This document shows positions 16,603 through 27,739 of a stretch of DNA of 64,000 nt, piece after piece. A model generated the notes under the pieces. It did no database searches, was not told the DNA's origin, and was given only the letters and a program-made list of their open reading frames with translations. The position numbers and the translations under genes are program-made. The DNA lies in NCBI RefSeq assembly GCF_009914755.1, contig NC_060927.1; one strand, 5' to 3'. The DNA comes from the human T2T-CHM13v2.0 reference genome, Homo sapiens. The stretch's first letter is position 1. The number at the start of each line of letters is the position of its first letter.

Positions 16603-16698
16603 TTTTTTTTTTTTTTTTTTTTTTTGAGACAGAGTCTCACTCTGTTGCCCAGGCTGGAATACCGTGGTGCCATCTCAGCTCACTGCAACCTCTGCCTC
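16603..16698 (-). mobile_element. Short Alu 3' fragment (AluS-like right arm end plus A23 tail)
   Basis: T23 followed by GAGACAGAGTCTCACTCTGTTGCCCAGGCTGG...CACTGCAACCTCTGCCTC; no TSD. Confidence 0.92.
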
Positions 16699-18349
16699 GT
16701 ACCTTTCCCATTAACAACTAGGGCCCTGGTCATGGCTGTAGTCATGGGGCCAGACACCTGAGGCACTAGTGGGTGTATTCAGGGCCTGTTTCCCATCCTG
16801 ACCTGCTCTATGCACAGGGGTCCAATAAAGCTCCAACTTACTATTCTCCAGCCGCTATTCTATAGCTCCAACTGGCTATTCAGTCACCACCATATTCTCC
16901 TGACCCTGCTCAACAGGGTCCAGTTTCTGGGGGCTCTTGTTCTGAAAGCCATTCTCTGTGGTCCTGCTCTTAATGGGGCTCATAAACACAAATATCTTGA
17001 TACTTGACTTTGCTAGGTCAATATTCTTCCAGCTAGAGAGAGATGGAGCTGTGTTTTTCCTGAACTTCTGGGTAGCAGCAAACAACTGGCTGTTTTTAGA
17101 CTCATAGTGTTTGCCAATCTCTAGTGACTTAGGAGAGGTCTTATCAAAGCTTCTGTTGGTGGATCTGGAGATTTATTTCCTAGCATTGTTTGGAGAGTGC
17201 TATTTGTTCTGGTCAGTGTGCTCTCTTTCTGCTTTTTGACGTGGTGTCTGCATTCCTCATGTTTCACGAGATGGCACTCTGGTTTCCAAGTGTGATCCTC
17301 ACTGTCATAGCCCTTCCATCAAACCAAATACTCTGTCTTCCCTTCTTATTTTTCCTTTTGTCAACAATTCTTTCAGCCTGTCCTGCTCTAGTTGGTGGAG
17401 GCCAACATAATCCATTTTACTCCTTTTCCAAATCCTGTGTACCTAAACCGTCGATCACTGGAAACCAGTACTACCCAAGATAAAACTCTTCAGATCAGGA
17501 ATCACAGCCATTTCCTGCCTTAGGAGAACAATGACTTAAAGCTAATTTTTCATAAAACCTTATAAATAAACAAAACCGTCCAATCTCAATCAGTTAGACC
17601 ACAAGGTAAGATTTCCATAAGCCTTTAAAAAACTTTTTCAATCTTTTGTTATAGAGTGGATCGACCCTACAGAAAAGAAACAAACAAATAAAACCCTGTT
17701 AGTCTGACACAGGGGCCCAGACTCTCACATCGGTGTGCTTTTGATATTAATGCTTAACTTATAGGAAAACTAAATAATCCCTTTTACATTTTAGCCAATT
17801 TAAGCACACACAGAATTCCTTTCACAAGCTCAATTTCATAAACTTTCTATAACTTGCTTAAACCTTCAGTTTTGTCCTGTCATTGTACCTTAGGACAAAA
17901 ATTTACATTCTTTTTCACCTTTCTATATTCATATAGCTTTACTTGACACTGTTTTTACTTCTTTAATTAAAAATAATAAAAATCCTCTAAACCAGGTAAA
18001 ATTACTTTCCCTTTAACAAAAATCACATTTCTATGCCTTCTTATTATTTTTTTTTTATCAAAACTCATCTTACTTTCCTTATATACTTTTATAAAAAATC
18101 CAGGCTCTAAAAAAAAATGGTTACAGTAAGGCCTAAAGACAGGTGGCACTCTCCCTGGCCCAGCTATGCCTCCTGGTTCAGCTGGGAAGGGCCATGCCTT
18201 ATCTGCAGCTCTGTTTTTTGTCCTGAGCTCTGCATCTGATACATAATTAAAAATGGCACCTCTTAGGTTTTTCACTAAAAATAAGAGTTGCTAAGAGTTA
18301 ACATTGTAATTAATGTAAACCTGATCCAAATATATATAAATTGGAAAAT

Positions 18350-19060
18350 TGAAACTGCCTTTGCAAAATTATAACTGAGGAAATTATGACAGTGAAAGAA
18401 ATCAGACCTAACCGACTCCATCTTGCTTCTAACCTTTAAGCTGTTCTTGTTCATTCCTGGGCATAGGCCGAACTAACTTTGGGAAGGAACTCAGTTCATG
18501 GTTTGATTCTGAAACAAAATTGATAATAGTCCTTTCCAGAAAAGACCCCCTTCTTGCCTGGGAACCAGTCTGCCTAGGCAGGACTAACAAATTACCTATA
18601 AGATTAGAAAGTACAGTTTGGAGGTCATGCAGCCTCTGGTTCCAAGAATCTGAACCTCCCCAAATTGCTCCTGGGGATAACATCACTATTGTAAAACCTA
18701 AGGTGAGTGCTTGAGATATTTTACAGACTCTGCACTCCATGGATCAGCTGACACCACTCAGACCTGTAATCTGGCTCAACCAGTTCTGCCATCCCACCCA
18801 GGAACAGAAGACAGCAAGAAAAACTCACTTCGACCCCCTATGATTCCATCTCCAACCTGACCAATCACCAGCCCCCACTTCCGAAGCCCCTGCCCGCCAA
18901 ATTATCTTTAAAAATTCGGATCCCCAAATGTAATAATAAAACTCCAGTCTCCCACATAGCCAGCTGTGTGTGAATTACTCTTTCTCCATTACGATTCCCC
19001 TGTCTTGATAAATTGGCTTTGTCTAGGCAGTGGGCAAGGTGAACTCATTGGACGGTTACA
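18350..19060 (+). mobile_element. LTR8-family ERV1 solo LTR
   Basis: TGAAACTGCCTTTGCAAAATTAT...CCTAACCGACTCCATCTTGCTTCTAACC...CATTGGACGGTTACA; flanks AAAT/CTTC do not match. Confidence 0.85.
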
Positions 19061-19950
19061 CTTCCACAGTGTTCCTCTCTATAAGGACATTCCCCAGAGG
19101 CCAGTGAACAACCCAAGCCAATCAGCCCACTCTGTGATCAACTCATTCCCTATTTAATATATACTCCATGGTCAAGTCTTTTTTTCACAATACAAAACAA
19201 TTTCTGGTACCCCCAAAAGCCAAACAGTTTAGGTAACAAAATCCAAAAGAGACTGAAGATGGCAAAGAGGAAGGAGGAACAGGGTGGAGTAAAAATAAAT
19301 AGAACAATTTTTAAGAAAGGAAGTGAGCAGAAGTACCAAGCATGTAATGTTATTTTAATGTTTCAGTCAACTAAAAAATTCCTAAAAATAGAATCCAAAA
19401 AGAGAAAAAGAGTAATGGCCATATATATATATCATCTACCTTAGATATCAACTTTTAATTAAGCTGACTTCTACTCGTAGATTTGGAGTTTTGGAGTAAG
19501 CCAATTCCACTCAGATTTTTAAAATAATCCCTTCAAATCTCTTATTACCAGATTTTAGCTGGGACAAATAGCTGATATTTTTGGCTTTTGAACATCCTTA
19601 CCAAAGATATCCTCTCAGTTACCTTAACCGAAGTTATAACCACAAATGCACGCACGAGGTATCTCCAAAGAGGTGACAAGTAGTTTTTACAAGATCCAGA
19701 ATCACCCCAAAAATAACTAAGAGAAAGGAAACTTTCACTAGCCATAAACAGGGTCTAACCCACATTTCTTTCAGGCCATATTTTCTAGGGTCTTAGCTTT
19801 TCAGCTTACTGTCCATACATGAAGACCCAAGAGCCTTGGGTCCCCCAACACAGACAGAAGACAGGAAATCAAAAGCTGTCCACAGAAGGGGAAAAGATCA
19901 ATAGTACATTGGTACCCCCAAAGCCACATAAATATTAAACCAAGACAGGC

Positions 19951-20080
19951 TGGTTCCCTGACCAGGAATCAAACCCATGCTGTGGAGGGTTTTAACAATT
20001 AGGCCACCAGGTGGAATGGCCATTGTTGTTCCCTAATCAGGAAGCAAACCCAAGCTGTGGTGGAAATTTTAACCACCAGA
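19951..20080 (-). pseudogene. Two tandem degenerate tRNA-Glu-like sequences inside the ERV internal region
   Basis: TGGTTCCCTGACCAGGAATCAAACCC...TAACAATTAGGCCACCAGG resembles the reverse complement of tRNA-Glu (TCCCTGGTGGTCTAGTGGTTAGG...GGGTTCGATTCCCGGTCAGGGAA-CCA) with the anticodon arm shortened. Second copy at ~20026-20080. Confidence 0.6.
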
Positions 20081-20835
20081 ACTATTTTCGGTCAGATTTT
20101 GCTCTTAATTTAGTCAAGATAATTTTTAAGGCTAGCCATGAAACTATTAGGCTCCCTTTAAAATATCTGATCTTTTCGTTAATAGTTTAGAATAGGAGAT
20201 CTCTAAAATCTTTAAATTAATAGCACAATGAGAGAGAGAGCCTGGAAAGGCAGTCGTCTTATATGAAACATTTCAGATAGTCAAATTTTGATTTTTCTTA
20301 AGTGGCTGGGGTTTTTAGAGGTGGAATTTGACTTTCTACAGCTGCAGGGATTTTAGTCAGCTTTAGAGGGGGCCAGAAGTTCATTAAATCTAACGGAAGA
20401 TGGACAGAAACAAACAGACAAAAAACACAAAAAAGCAATCAAACAATTTGCATAAAATTGAGATTTCTGAGCATGAGGAGAAATTATAGCCAACTGACAG
20501 TAAGCCTTGACTTTCAGCTACTAAATCCCCAAATGACACCCCAAACCAGCTCCTTACCTGGAGATGGGGCACAAGCTGAAAACTGCTCTCTGCCATCACG
20601 GAAGCAGGAAAGTCTTCTTCCTTGTTAGAAGTAAGAACTCTCAGAAAAGGAGTTCTGCAGTGGAATAAACTTCAGATCTCAACTGGAAATTTTTGAGTGA
20701 TTAGGGATCTCTGGAGGGAGAAACTCTCAGACTTCAGCAAATCATCCAATAGGTCAGAGCAATAAAGAGCTCCAGCTGGTACTAGGGCCCCAGTAGGAGA
20801 GTTGCTACAGGCCAAGAGCCAACTCCACTCAGAAA

Positions 20836-20853
20836 GCCCCTTTGTGGTTACCA
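20836..20853 (-). promoter_or_regulatory. Retroviral primer-binding site, tRNA-Arg-like
   Basis: Minus strand TGGTAACCACAAAGGGGC lies 3 nt inside the 5' LTR; resembles the complement of the tRNA-Arg(TCG) 3' end CCCTTCGTGGTTA-CCA. Confidence 0.7.
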
Positions 20854-20856
20854 AAA

Positions 20857-21357
20857 TGTAAACCAAAAAGTGACTGAAGCAAGTCTCCATCCATTAGAGG
20901 TTTATTTGGCCAAAGCTGAGGATGCGCCTGGGAAAAAGCATAAATTACAGATGCTCCTGTGATTTATGTTTTTTCCAAAGGGGGTTTTGTGAACTTCAGT
21001 TCACAAAAGGGGAACTGCAAGCAGCAGGGGGAAGAAAAGGAGGCAGGCAGTGAGGCAGGTGGTCACATTCTTGTGAGGCTCTTATTAGCCTCAGTAAATC
21101 TACATTTTACATGTGAAAAGAGGGAATAGAGGAAAAAGTCAATGATGCATTCTCTCACACTCAGTGAGTCTACATTTTACATAAGATGAAGCAAATGTGG
21201 AAAGAGGGAGTAGAGGAAATGAGGCTATGACATGGGGTTGTGAAATTACAGCTATCTGGGAGCCAAAGGAAGACAGTATTTGTGACTCAGCTTCTAAGCT
21301 TAACTTGCCCTTTGGTATAGTGAGTTCGGGGTCCCAAGGTTCTATTTTTTTTTCATA
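20857..21357 (-). mobile_element. 5' LTR of the provirus (MER83/MER4C-like)
   Basis: Minus strand begins TATGAAAAAAAAATAGAACCTTGGGACCCCGAACTCACTATACCAAAGGG, has AATAAA near its end, and ends GGTTTACA before the PBS. Confidence 0.75.
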
Positions 21358-21783
21358 CCTGTAACTTCTGTTTCCAAAAATGTTCCCCTGTCTTTAAAAA
21401 CCCTTGCTTATAAGCCACTGGGGAAGTAGGATCTCACACAATAGCTGTCTGATTTTCCTTGCTTGGCACCCTGCAAATAAATGCCCTCCTTTTTCTTGCT
21501 GCAAACTTTGGTACAGATATTTGTCTTTACTGTGCTGGGCCAATGGACACAGGTTTGGTTCAGTAACGAGGCACTTTTCTCACTTTTAGGTACCCCCACC
21601 AACTCTATCTAAGATTCCATCACCCTCCAAGGAGCAGGACCCTTTCCCAGAGGCCCACAGCAACATATAAGCCTGGAGCTCTAATCTGACTCTAGCCTGA
21701 TAATTCAAGTACCTCTGACCTAGTTTTAAAGAGCAGGGAAGTCTGCATGGTCATCTATTGAGTTTCTATTCTGTTGAGTTGGG

Positions 21784-21975
21784 CAGTGTTCTCAACTGAC
21801 TGCCCATGAGAATCACCTAGTGTGTGGGTATTAGGGGGGAGACTTTAAAAATACCAGTACTGAGCCCCCACAGCAAGAGATTTCCATTCAACTGGTCTAG
21901 ACCCAGTCCAGGCAATGACGTTTTTAGAAAACGTCCCCAGGTGGTTCTATCATACAGCCAGGTGGAGAGCCAGTG
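21784..21975. mobile_element. MER5-family hAT-Charlie element
   Basis: CAGTGTTCTCAA...GAGAATCACCT...CCCCAGGTGGTTCT...CAGCCAGGTGGAGAGCCAGTG with terminal inverted repeats. Confidence 0.7.
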
Positions 21976-22692
21976 GTGATGGCTTATACTGTATGCTCTG
22001 ATTTCTTCAGAGCTTTGTTTTTGATTCTCCAACCAAAATTTTGTAACTCAAAATGGTTTTCTCTCCCAGAAAACACAGCTTTTGTAAATTAAAACCCTTG
22101 TTTTTCTCTCATGAATTTCAAAGGCCTGCTTAGAAACTCAAAAGCCCAGAATCTGACTCTAAATTATCTGCAGTGTGCCTTCTGAGGCAGAAACCCGCAA
22201 GCCTGAGCCCAGCCTCACTGTGCAGTGATGATGAAGAGAGATGTTGAGTAAGAAAAAGCATTACTTAGTATGGAAAACAGCAGCTCATGTATTAAAATCA
22301 TACCCATTCCCCTGAGCCTGTATCAGAAAAAATTCCAAAGAAACCAGTTCTCCCTACATCCTTTCACCCAAGAAATCACAGCCAGAGATTTTCTTTTAAT
22401 CTTACTCCCTAATAAACAAAAAGGCCCTCAGAAACTGCCTGTTTTCTTAACTGCCCAATAGTGTTCCCTAGGGAAATAAGAATTTTCTCATAAAGGTGTT
22501 AGTGATACATATTCTTCTTGAAAGAATGAAAGTTACGTCAAAGTTTTTTTTTTCCTGGTGTTTTTCCATTAAAGTATGGAACAGTTATCAATTTTCAGGG
22601 TACCTCATGTAGTTCAGATTTGATAAGTTATAGAGCTAATTCATTTGCATATCTATAGATTAGCATTCCATAGGGTTATTTCTTTTTACTTA

Positions 22693-22865
22693 GGCTATGT
22701 AGCTCAGTTGACTATGCTTGTCACTACTGATGTCAAGGTTAAGCCTTCAGTCTCCATGGGGTCTGATTAATTACCTTCGCTGTGTTTTAGCCCTTCCTAA
22801 AATATATGCATTTAGTCACCAGGGGGACCAGACAATGTAGATAGTTAGAAGTATAAAATATCCAG
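22693..22865 (+). mobile_element. MamSINE1-like ancient tRNA-derived SINE
   Basis: tRNA-Ile-like head GGCTATGTAGCTCAGTTGA...CAAGGT...CTCCATGGG followed by CTTCGCTGTGTT...GTCACCAGGGGGACCAG. Confidence 0.6.
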
Positions 22866-22970
22866 AGAAATTCAAGGCCTTTTCTAAGAAAAATACATGT
22901 TTTTTTTTTTTTTGGAAGCCAAATAACTGAAATTTTGGAAAAATTCACAATTTATCTAACCCTTTCCCTA

Positions 22971-23195
22971 ACATTTTATTTTTTTAAATTTCAAACATAC
23001 AGAAAAGTTGAAAGAATTTTAAATTAGTGTCCATATACCCACCATGTAGATTCTACCATGAACATTTTGCTGTATTGCTTTATCATGCTTCTAACCATCT
23101 ATTTATTCCTCTGTCTAGTAAACTTATGTTTTTGATGCATATCAAAGAAATTTGCAGAAATCAGTGTACTTTACTTCAAAACACTTTAGTATGTG
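22971..23195 (-). mobile_element. L1MC/L1ME 3' end fragment
   Basis: AAATTTCAAACATACAGAAAAGTTGAAAGAAT...CCATATACCCACC...TAGATTCTAC. Confidence 0.65.
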
Positions 23196-23742
23196 CATAA
23201 GTTTTTCCTATTGGTTGTGTACCAAATTATTATATGTATGTAAGTTTTCCCTGTTGGTGCTGTACCATATTATACAAAGTGGCTTAAGACAACACGAATT
23301 TATTATGTACAATTCTGGAGGTCAAAAGTCTGAAATGGGTCATCCAGGGCTCAAATCAAGGTGTCAGCAGAGCTGCTTTTCTTCTGGAGGCTCTAGGAGA
23401 GAATCTATTTCCTTGTGTTTTGTAACTTCTAGAAGCCATTCATATCCTTAGCTTGTGGTCCCTTCCTCCATCTTCAAAGCCAGCACTAAGGCATCGTCAA
23501 GTCTCTCCATGATCTCTGCCTCTCTCTTCATAACTTCTTTGCTGACTCTGGCCCTCCTGCTTCCCTCTTACAGGGGCCCTGTGATTACATTGTGCCTACC
23601 CAGATGATCCAAGATAATCAACCCCTCTCAAGATCCTTAACTTAATCACATCTCCAAAGTCCCTTTTGTGTAAAGTAACATACTTATAGGCTCTGGGGAC
23701 TAGGACATGAATATCTTGCTGGGCAGAAATTATTCATCTAAT
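23195..23742 (-). mobile_element. MLT1C/D MaLR LTR
   Basis: GTGGCTTAAGACAACACGAATTTATT...TTCTGGAGGCTCTAGGAGAGAATC...CAAGATCCTTAACTTAATCACATCT. Confidence 0.8.
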
Positions 23743-23829
23743 AAAGCATGCAAAATGGGTGTTTTTCATCTTTAACACCCATTGAAGATTTACAGTCAGA
23801 TGAAAATTAGGAAGCTGGCCTATAAATGG

Positions 23830-24270
23830 GAGTGAATATTGATACGAAAAGAAGGCTAAGAACTGAGGCCTGGGGCACACTTGGAGGTCAGGAAGATGAG
23901 GAGGAACCAGAAAAGTAGCCCTGAGAGGAACAGCCAGGGAAGTAAGAAGTGGACACTCAGCAAGTGTGGAATTCTGGAAGCCAGAAGAATTTCTAAAGTT
24001 TTTCTAAAAGAGGATGATGAGCTGTATCACATGCTGCTTACAGAGCAAAGATCTGTGGTTGAGATCTAGTCACTGGTTGGGTTTAGCAAAGTGGAGATCT
24101 CTGGGTACCCTCTTGTAGTGATGTGGCCAGGGTAAGTGCCTGGTTGGCGTGGCTTCAAGGGAAAAGGAAAGAAGAGGAAGTGGAGTAGGTATAGGAGTGA
24201 ACCAAGAAGAGGTGAACACATCAGAGAACTTTTTCAGGGACTTCTGATAAAAAGAAGAGCAGGGAAAGGG
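23830..24270 (-). mobile_element. L2 fragment
   Basis: Purine-rich L2 reverse motifs (ACTGAGGCCTGGGGCAC, TGGAAGCCAGAAG, GGTTTAGCAAAGTGGAG). Confidence 0.55.
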
Positions 24271-25404
24271 GTGATATCCAATGTTGTCACTATCATCATC
24301 ATCAATTTGACATAGTTGCAAACATTACTCAGATCCTTTTTAGCTCCAGAAAATAAAGGAATAAAAGGATAGAAATAAAGCAAGAGCCTGCAAGTGCTTA
24401 GTTGTAAGTTGTCCTTACCACCACGATTCAACAGGGACACCACTGAAGAAATTCACAAGGCCCCGATGGCCTAAATTCTGACAATTCTATCAGCAGTCTT
24501 GACTTCTGCTCTCCTCTCCATCTTCCTTGTTTCATCCTATTTTTTCATTCTTCCCTTCCTTCCTTTATTTCACAAACATATAAGCCCCCATATCTTTGAA
24601 ACTTGAATCCAGCAGAGGGATAAGTGTGAATTGACTAGCTGGAAAATTCTTTTCATTTCTTAATAAAAATCTTTCATTCTATTCTTGAGAATAAAAATAT
24701 TCTTAAATTTCAAAACCAGTTGGTTGTATCTTCCAAAAACACACTCTCTGATTTAGTTGTAGACATTTATTTAAATAGTTTTACATGTAAATGTCCCTAT
24801 TTCATAGTTTTTAGAAGCAATTTTTGGAGAGCAAAGTTTAGGCAGCAATATATGAACAATTTATATTATGAATTTCATTCACTTAAAAAGATAACGATTC
24901 TTTTTCCATTTTAAAAACTGCACTCAGAAATGAATGGGGAAACTTCATGAATGTTTCTGTTTTTTTTCTGGGGCTTCACATTTCTGTATTTAATTCTTTC
25001 TTGACTTTCTCAGACTCTAGAATTTTCCTTTTCTCCATTCATATACACATATCCTTTGTTCTTTTATTTACATTTCACTGTGTCTTCTCCTTAGTCTCCT
25101 TAGTCTTCTTGTAATTTCTTTGTCCCAGGTGTAGCTAAGGATGATTCACATACCTAAGAAGACTGCTTAATATTGTTCTTTTAATCATCCATCTCTGTCA
25201 ACTCTTTCCTCACTATAATCCATTGTGTGAGTCTAACAATCTCATTCTCCCTTGCTAAGATAATTTTCTCACATCTTATGATTTCCTTATAATTGACTTA
25301 ACAATTAAAATATTTAACTGAAAACTTCCTGGCTGAAACAAAGGAAACAGAAAGAATCTTTACAACCTTGATATTTACCTGGTAAAATGTTTTCATTTGA
25401 ACAC

Positions 25405-25540
25405 TCAGAGCATTGTATTTGGATCTGGGCACCACATCTTCAGAAGGACAATGACAAATTAAAATGTGCCCATTGGTGAGTGATCAGGAGTTTGAAAGTC
25501 ATGTCATGAGTAATGAATAAAGGATATTGGGATGTCCTGT
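25405..25540 (+). mobile_element. L3/CR1 fragment
   Basis: GAGCATTGTATTTGGATCTGGGCACCACATCTTCAGAAGGACAATGACAAATT...GAAAGTCATGTCATGAG, matching the CR1 ORF2 3' region. Confidence 0.6.
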
Positions 25541-26576
25541 TAGGAAGTAAAATGTCTGGGGTGGGAGCAGGACGTGGGGTAGTAAGGGACAATAGAAAAA
25601 GGGAAAGCCTGGCTGGGATGAGGACTGCCACTATTGGTCAACAGGGTGGCTGTCCCAGGAGGAGAGTGACACCTGGGATGGAGGGAGGGGGAAATATCTA
25701 GAGGAGCACCAAGGGGAAAATGTGGTCTCATGAAGCTTCAGTAGAAAGGTATCTCATCCATTCCCCAAACCCACCTGGCCATGGGCTTTTGCTACTTCCC
25801 CCAGTTAGCCTCATGAGCAGAGGTGGTTGATGGTCTCAAAGGACTGACAATGAGACCACTGTAAAAAAATCTTGGGACAATTTAAGAAAAACAGTTACTG
25901 TGAAAGAATAACCACAAACAGAACAGCCTACAGCAGAAGAAGCAGACCTATTGACAGATATGAACAGGAATCTTAATACCAAATAAAACATTGCAAATAT
26001 GAAACAAGAATAAGTAGTTTGAAGGAGAGCCAATCAAAGGTACTAGATATAAAAATTACAATTGCCAATATAAGGAATAGGTTGAAGAACTGAATGAATG
26101 ACAAATGGGTAGAATCTAGAAACAGATCCAGATGTCCATGGGAACTTGGAATATGTATGTAGCATCATAGCCTGGTAGAGGGAAGATGAATTCATCAATA
26201 GTCCCTAGAAAACTGGTTCATCATGTGGGAAAAACTTGGAGTAGATGCCCACCTTTTTCTATATACAAAAATAAACTTTAGGTAGAGTAAAAGCCTAAAC
26301 ATGAAAGGCAAAGCCATACATCGGTTAGCAGCAAATGGAGAATTTTTTTTTGTGACACTGGAATGGAGAAGAATTTTGTAAGGTGCTAAAAAGTACAGAC
26401 CACAAGGGAGACAATCAATGGAGTTAATGACACCAAAATTAAAGATTTCTGATACCACAAAGTTACCAGATGTGTGATAGATTTGGAGGTGACAAAGTGG
26501 TAATAACTGACAAAAAATAACTAGAATACACAGAAAACTCCTGCGAGTGGATAAGAAAAGAAAAGGATGAGGATAT

Positions 26577-27073
26577 TGTAGGGGACCCTGCTGATGCCCT
26601 GCCCACATTCGTGGCCCATCTCTGTGTTCCCCTGCAGTTACTATCGAAGGTTCCCAGCATGCACACTGCTTCCCACCTGTGTGGGAGCCTCTCTCTTTCT
26701 CAGCCTCAAGGTTTTTTCAGGTACTGTGGGAACTTGCTTAGTTTAGGTGCAGTGCAAATGGGACAAGCTAGTGGCTGAATCTCACCAGGGGCAGCTCTCA
26801 ACCAAAGACCAGTGAGTAGCATATAAACAGCCTAGCTTCCCCATATCCTGGTAGGAAAATTCTGAGGCGTGTTCAACACAGGTCCTCAGAGGGTCCTCAG
26901 CAGGACTGAGCTCTGGTTGCCCACAGCAATTATCTGCCCATAACTTACCCTTTAGTGGGTTTTCTCCTTTCCTTGTCTTGCTGTCTTTACTCCCTTGCTT
27001 GTACTTCTGAATAAATGACCTGCACCCAAGTCTGTGACTGAGACCTGCTTTCCAGGTAACACAAATTAGGACA
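26577..27073 (+). mobile_element. LTR16A-like ERVL solo LTR
   Basis: TG...CA ends, AATAAATGACCTGCACCCAAG, perfect 5-bp TSD GATAT (26572-26576, 27074-27078). Confidence 0.8.
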
Positions 27074-27160
27074 GATATGCATAAGCATTTCACAGAAGGG
27101 GAAAGTGGAAAGGCTGATAAGCGTGGGAAGAGATGCTCAACTTTCATAAGTGGAGAAATG

Positions 27161-27509
<349 letters not shown>

Positions 27510-27739
27510 TTACCTGAAAGGTATAGAAAAAATAAAAAACCTGGATTTCCTAAAGTGCCTATGAGAATTTGGAGAGGGAGAAACCCCATCCATCACTAGT
27601 GAGACCATTCTGGAGAGCAATGAGCAATGTTTAGTGGATTTGCCTAGATGCGCACCCTATGATCTCACAAATCCTCTTCTATGTGTAGGCCCCACACAAA
27701 CTCCCACACTCCCACCCTACCTGGCCTATGAATCAAACT

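Larger units (their letters stand above)
14059..17537 (-). pseudogene. CDYL: Processed pseudogene (retrocopy) of chromodomain Y-like CDYL, including long 3'UTR
   Basis: Minus-strand peptides AERIVDKRKNKKG (chromodomain), FAATQKFRKNTAPSLSS...LDPVEQGQE, NTFIQFQKSIIVVVNGPAI, QEACGKGLVAQVFWPGTFTQEVM, LQRKIDEL* (stop 15927-15925). Intronless with many frameshifts. TSD AAAGCTAATT at 14049-14058 and 17538-17547. Tail decayed to (TACA)n. Confidence 0.93.
12909..21357 (-). mobile_element. Non-autonomous MER4-group ERV1 provirus (rearranged)
   Basis: TSD CCTG (12905-12908, 21358-21361). Related LTR sequence beginning TGTAAACCAAAA at 12909 and 20857. PBS next to the right-hand (5') LTR. AT-rich MER4-type internal sequence. 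Confidence 0.85.
12348..21568 (+). mobile_element. MER72-like ERV1 solo LTR split into 12348-12908 and 21358-21568
   Basis: The halves join seamlessly (...TTTGCCTG | TAACTTCTG...). 4-bp TSD AGGC at 12344-12347 and 21569-21572. Confidence 0.75.

Noticed and set aside
15925-17377. Functional CDYL/CDY retrogene
   Set aside because: Multiple frameshifts and stops, no canonical start, ~85 codons missing. Peptides follow autosomal CDYL rather than CDY.
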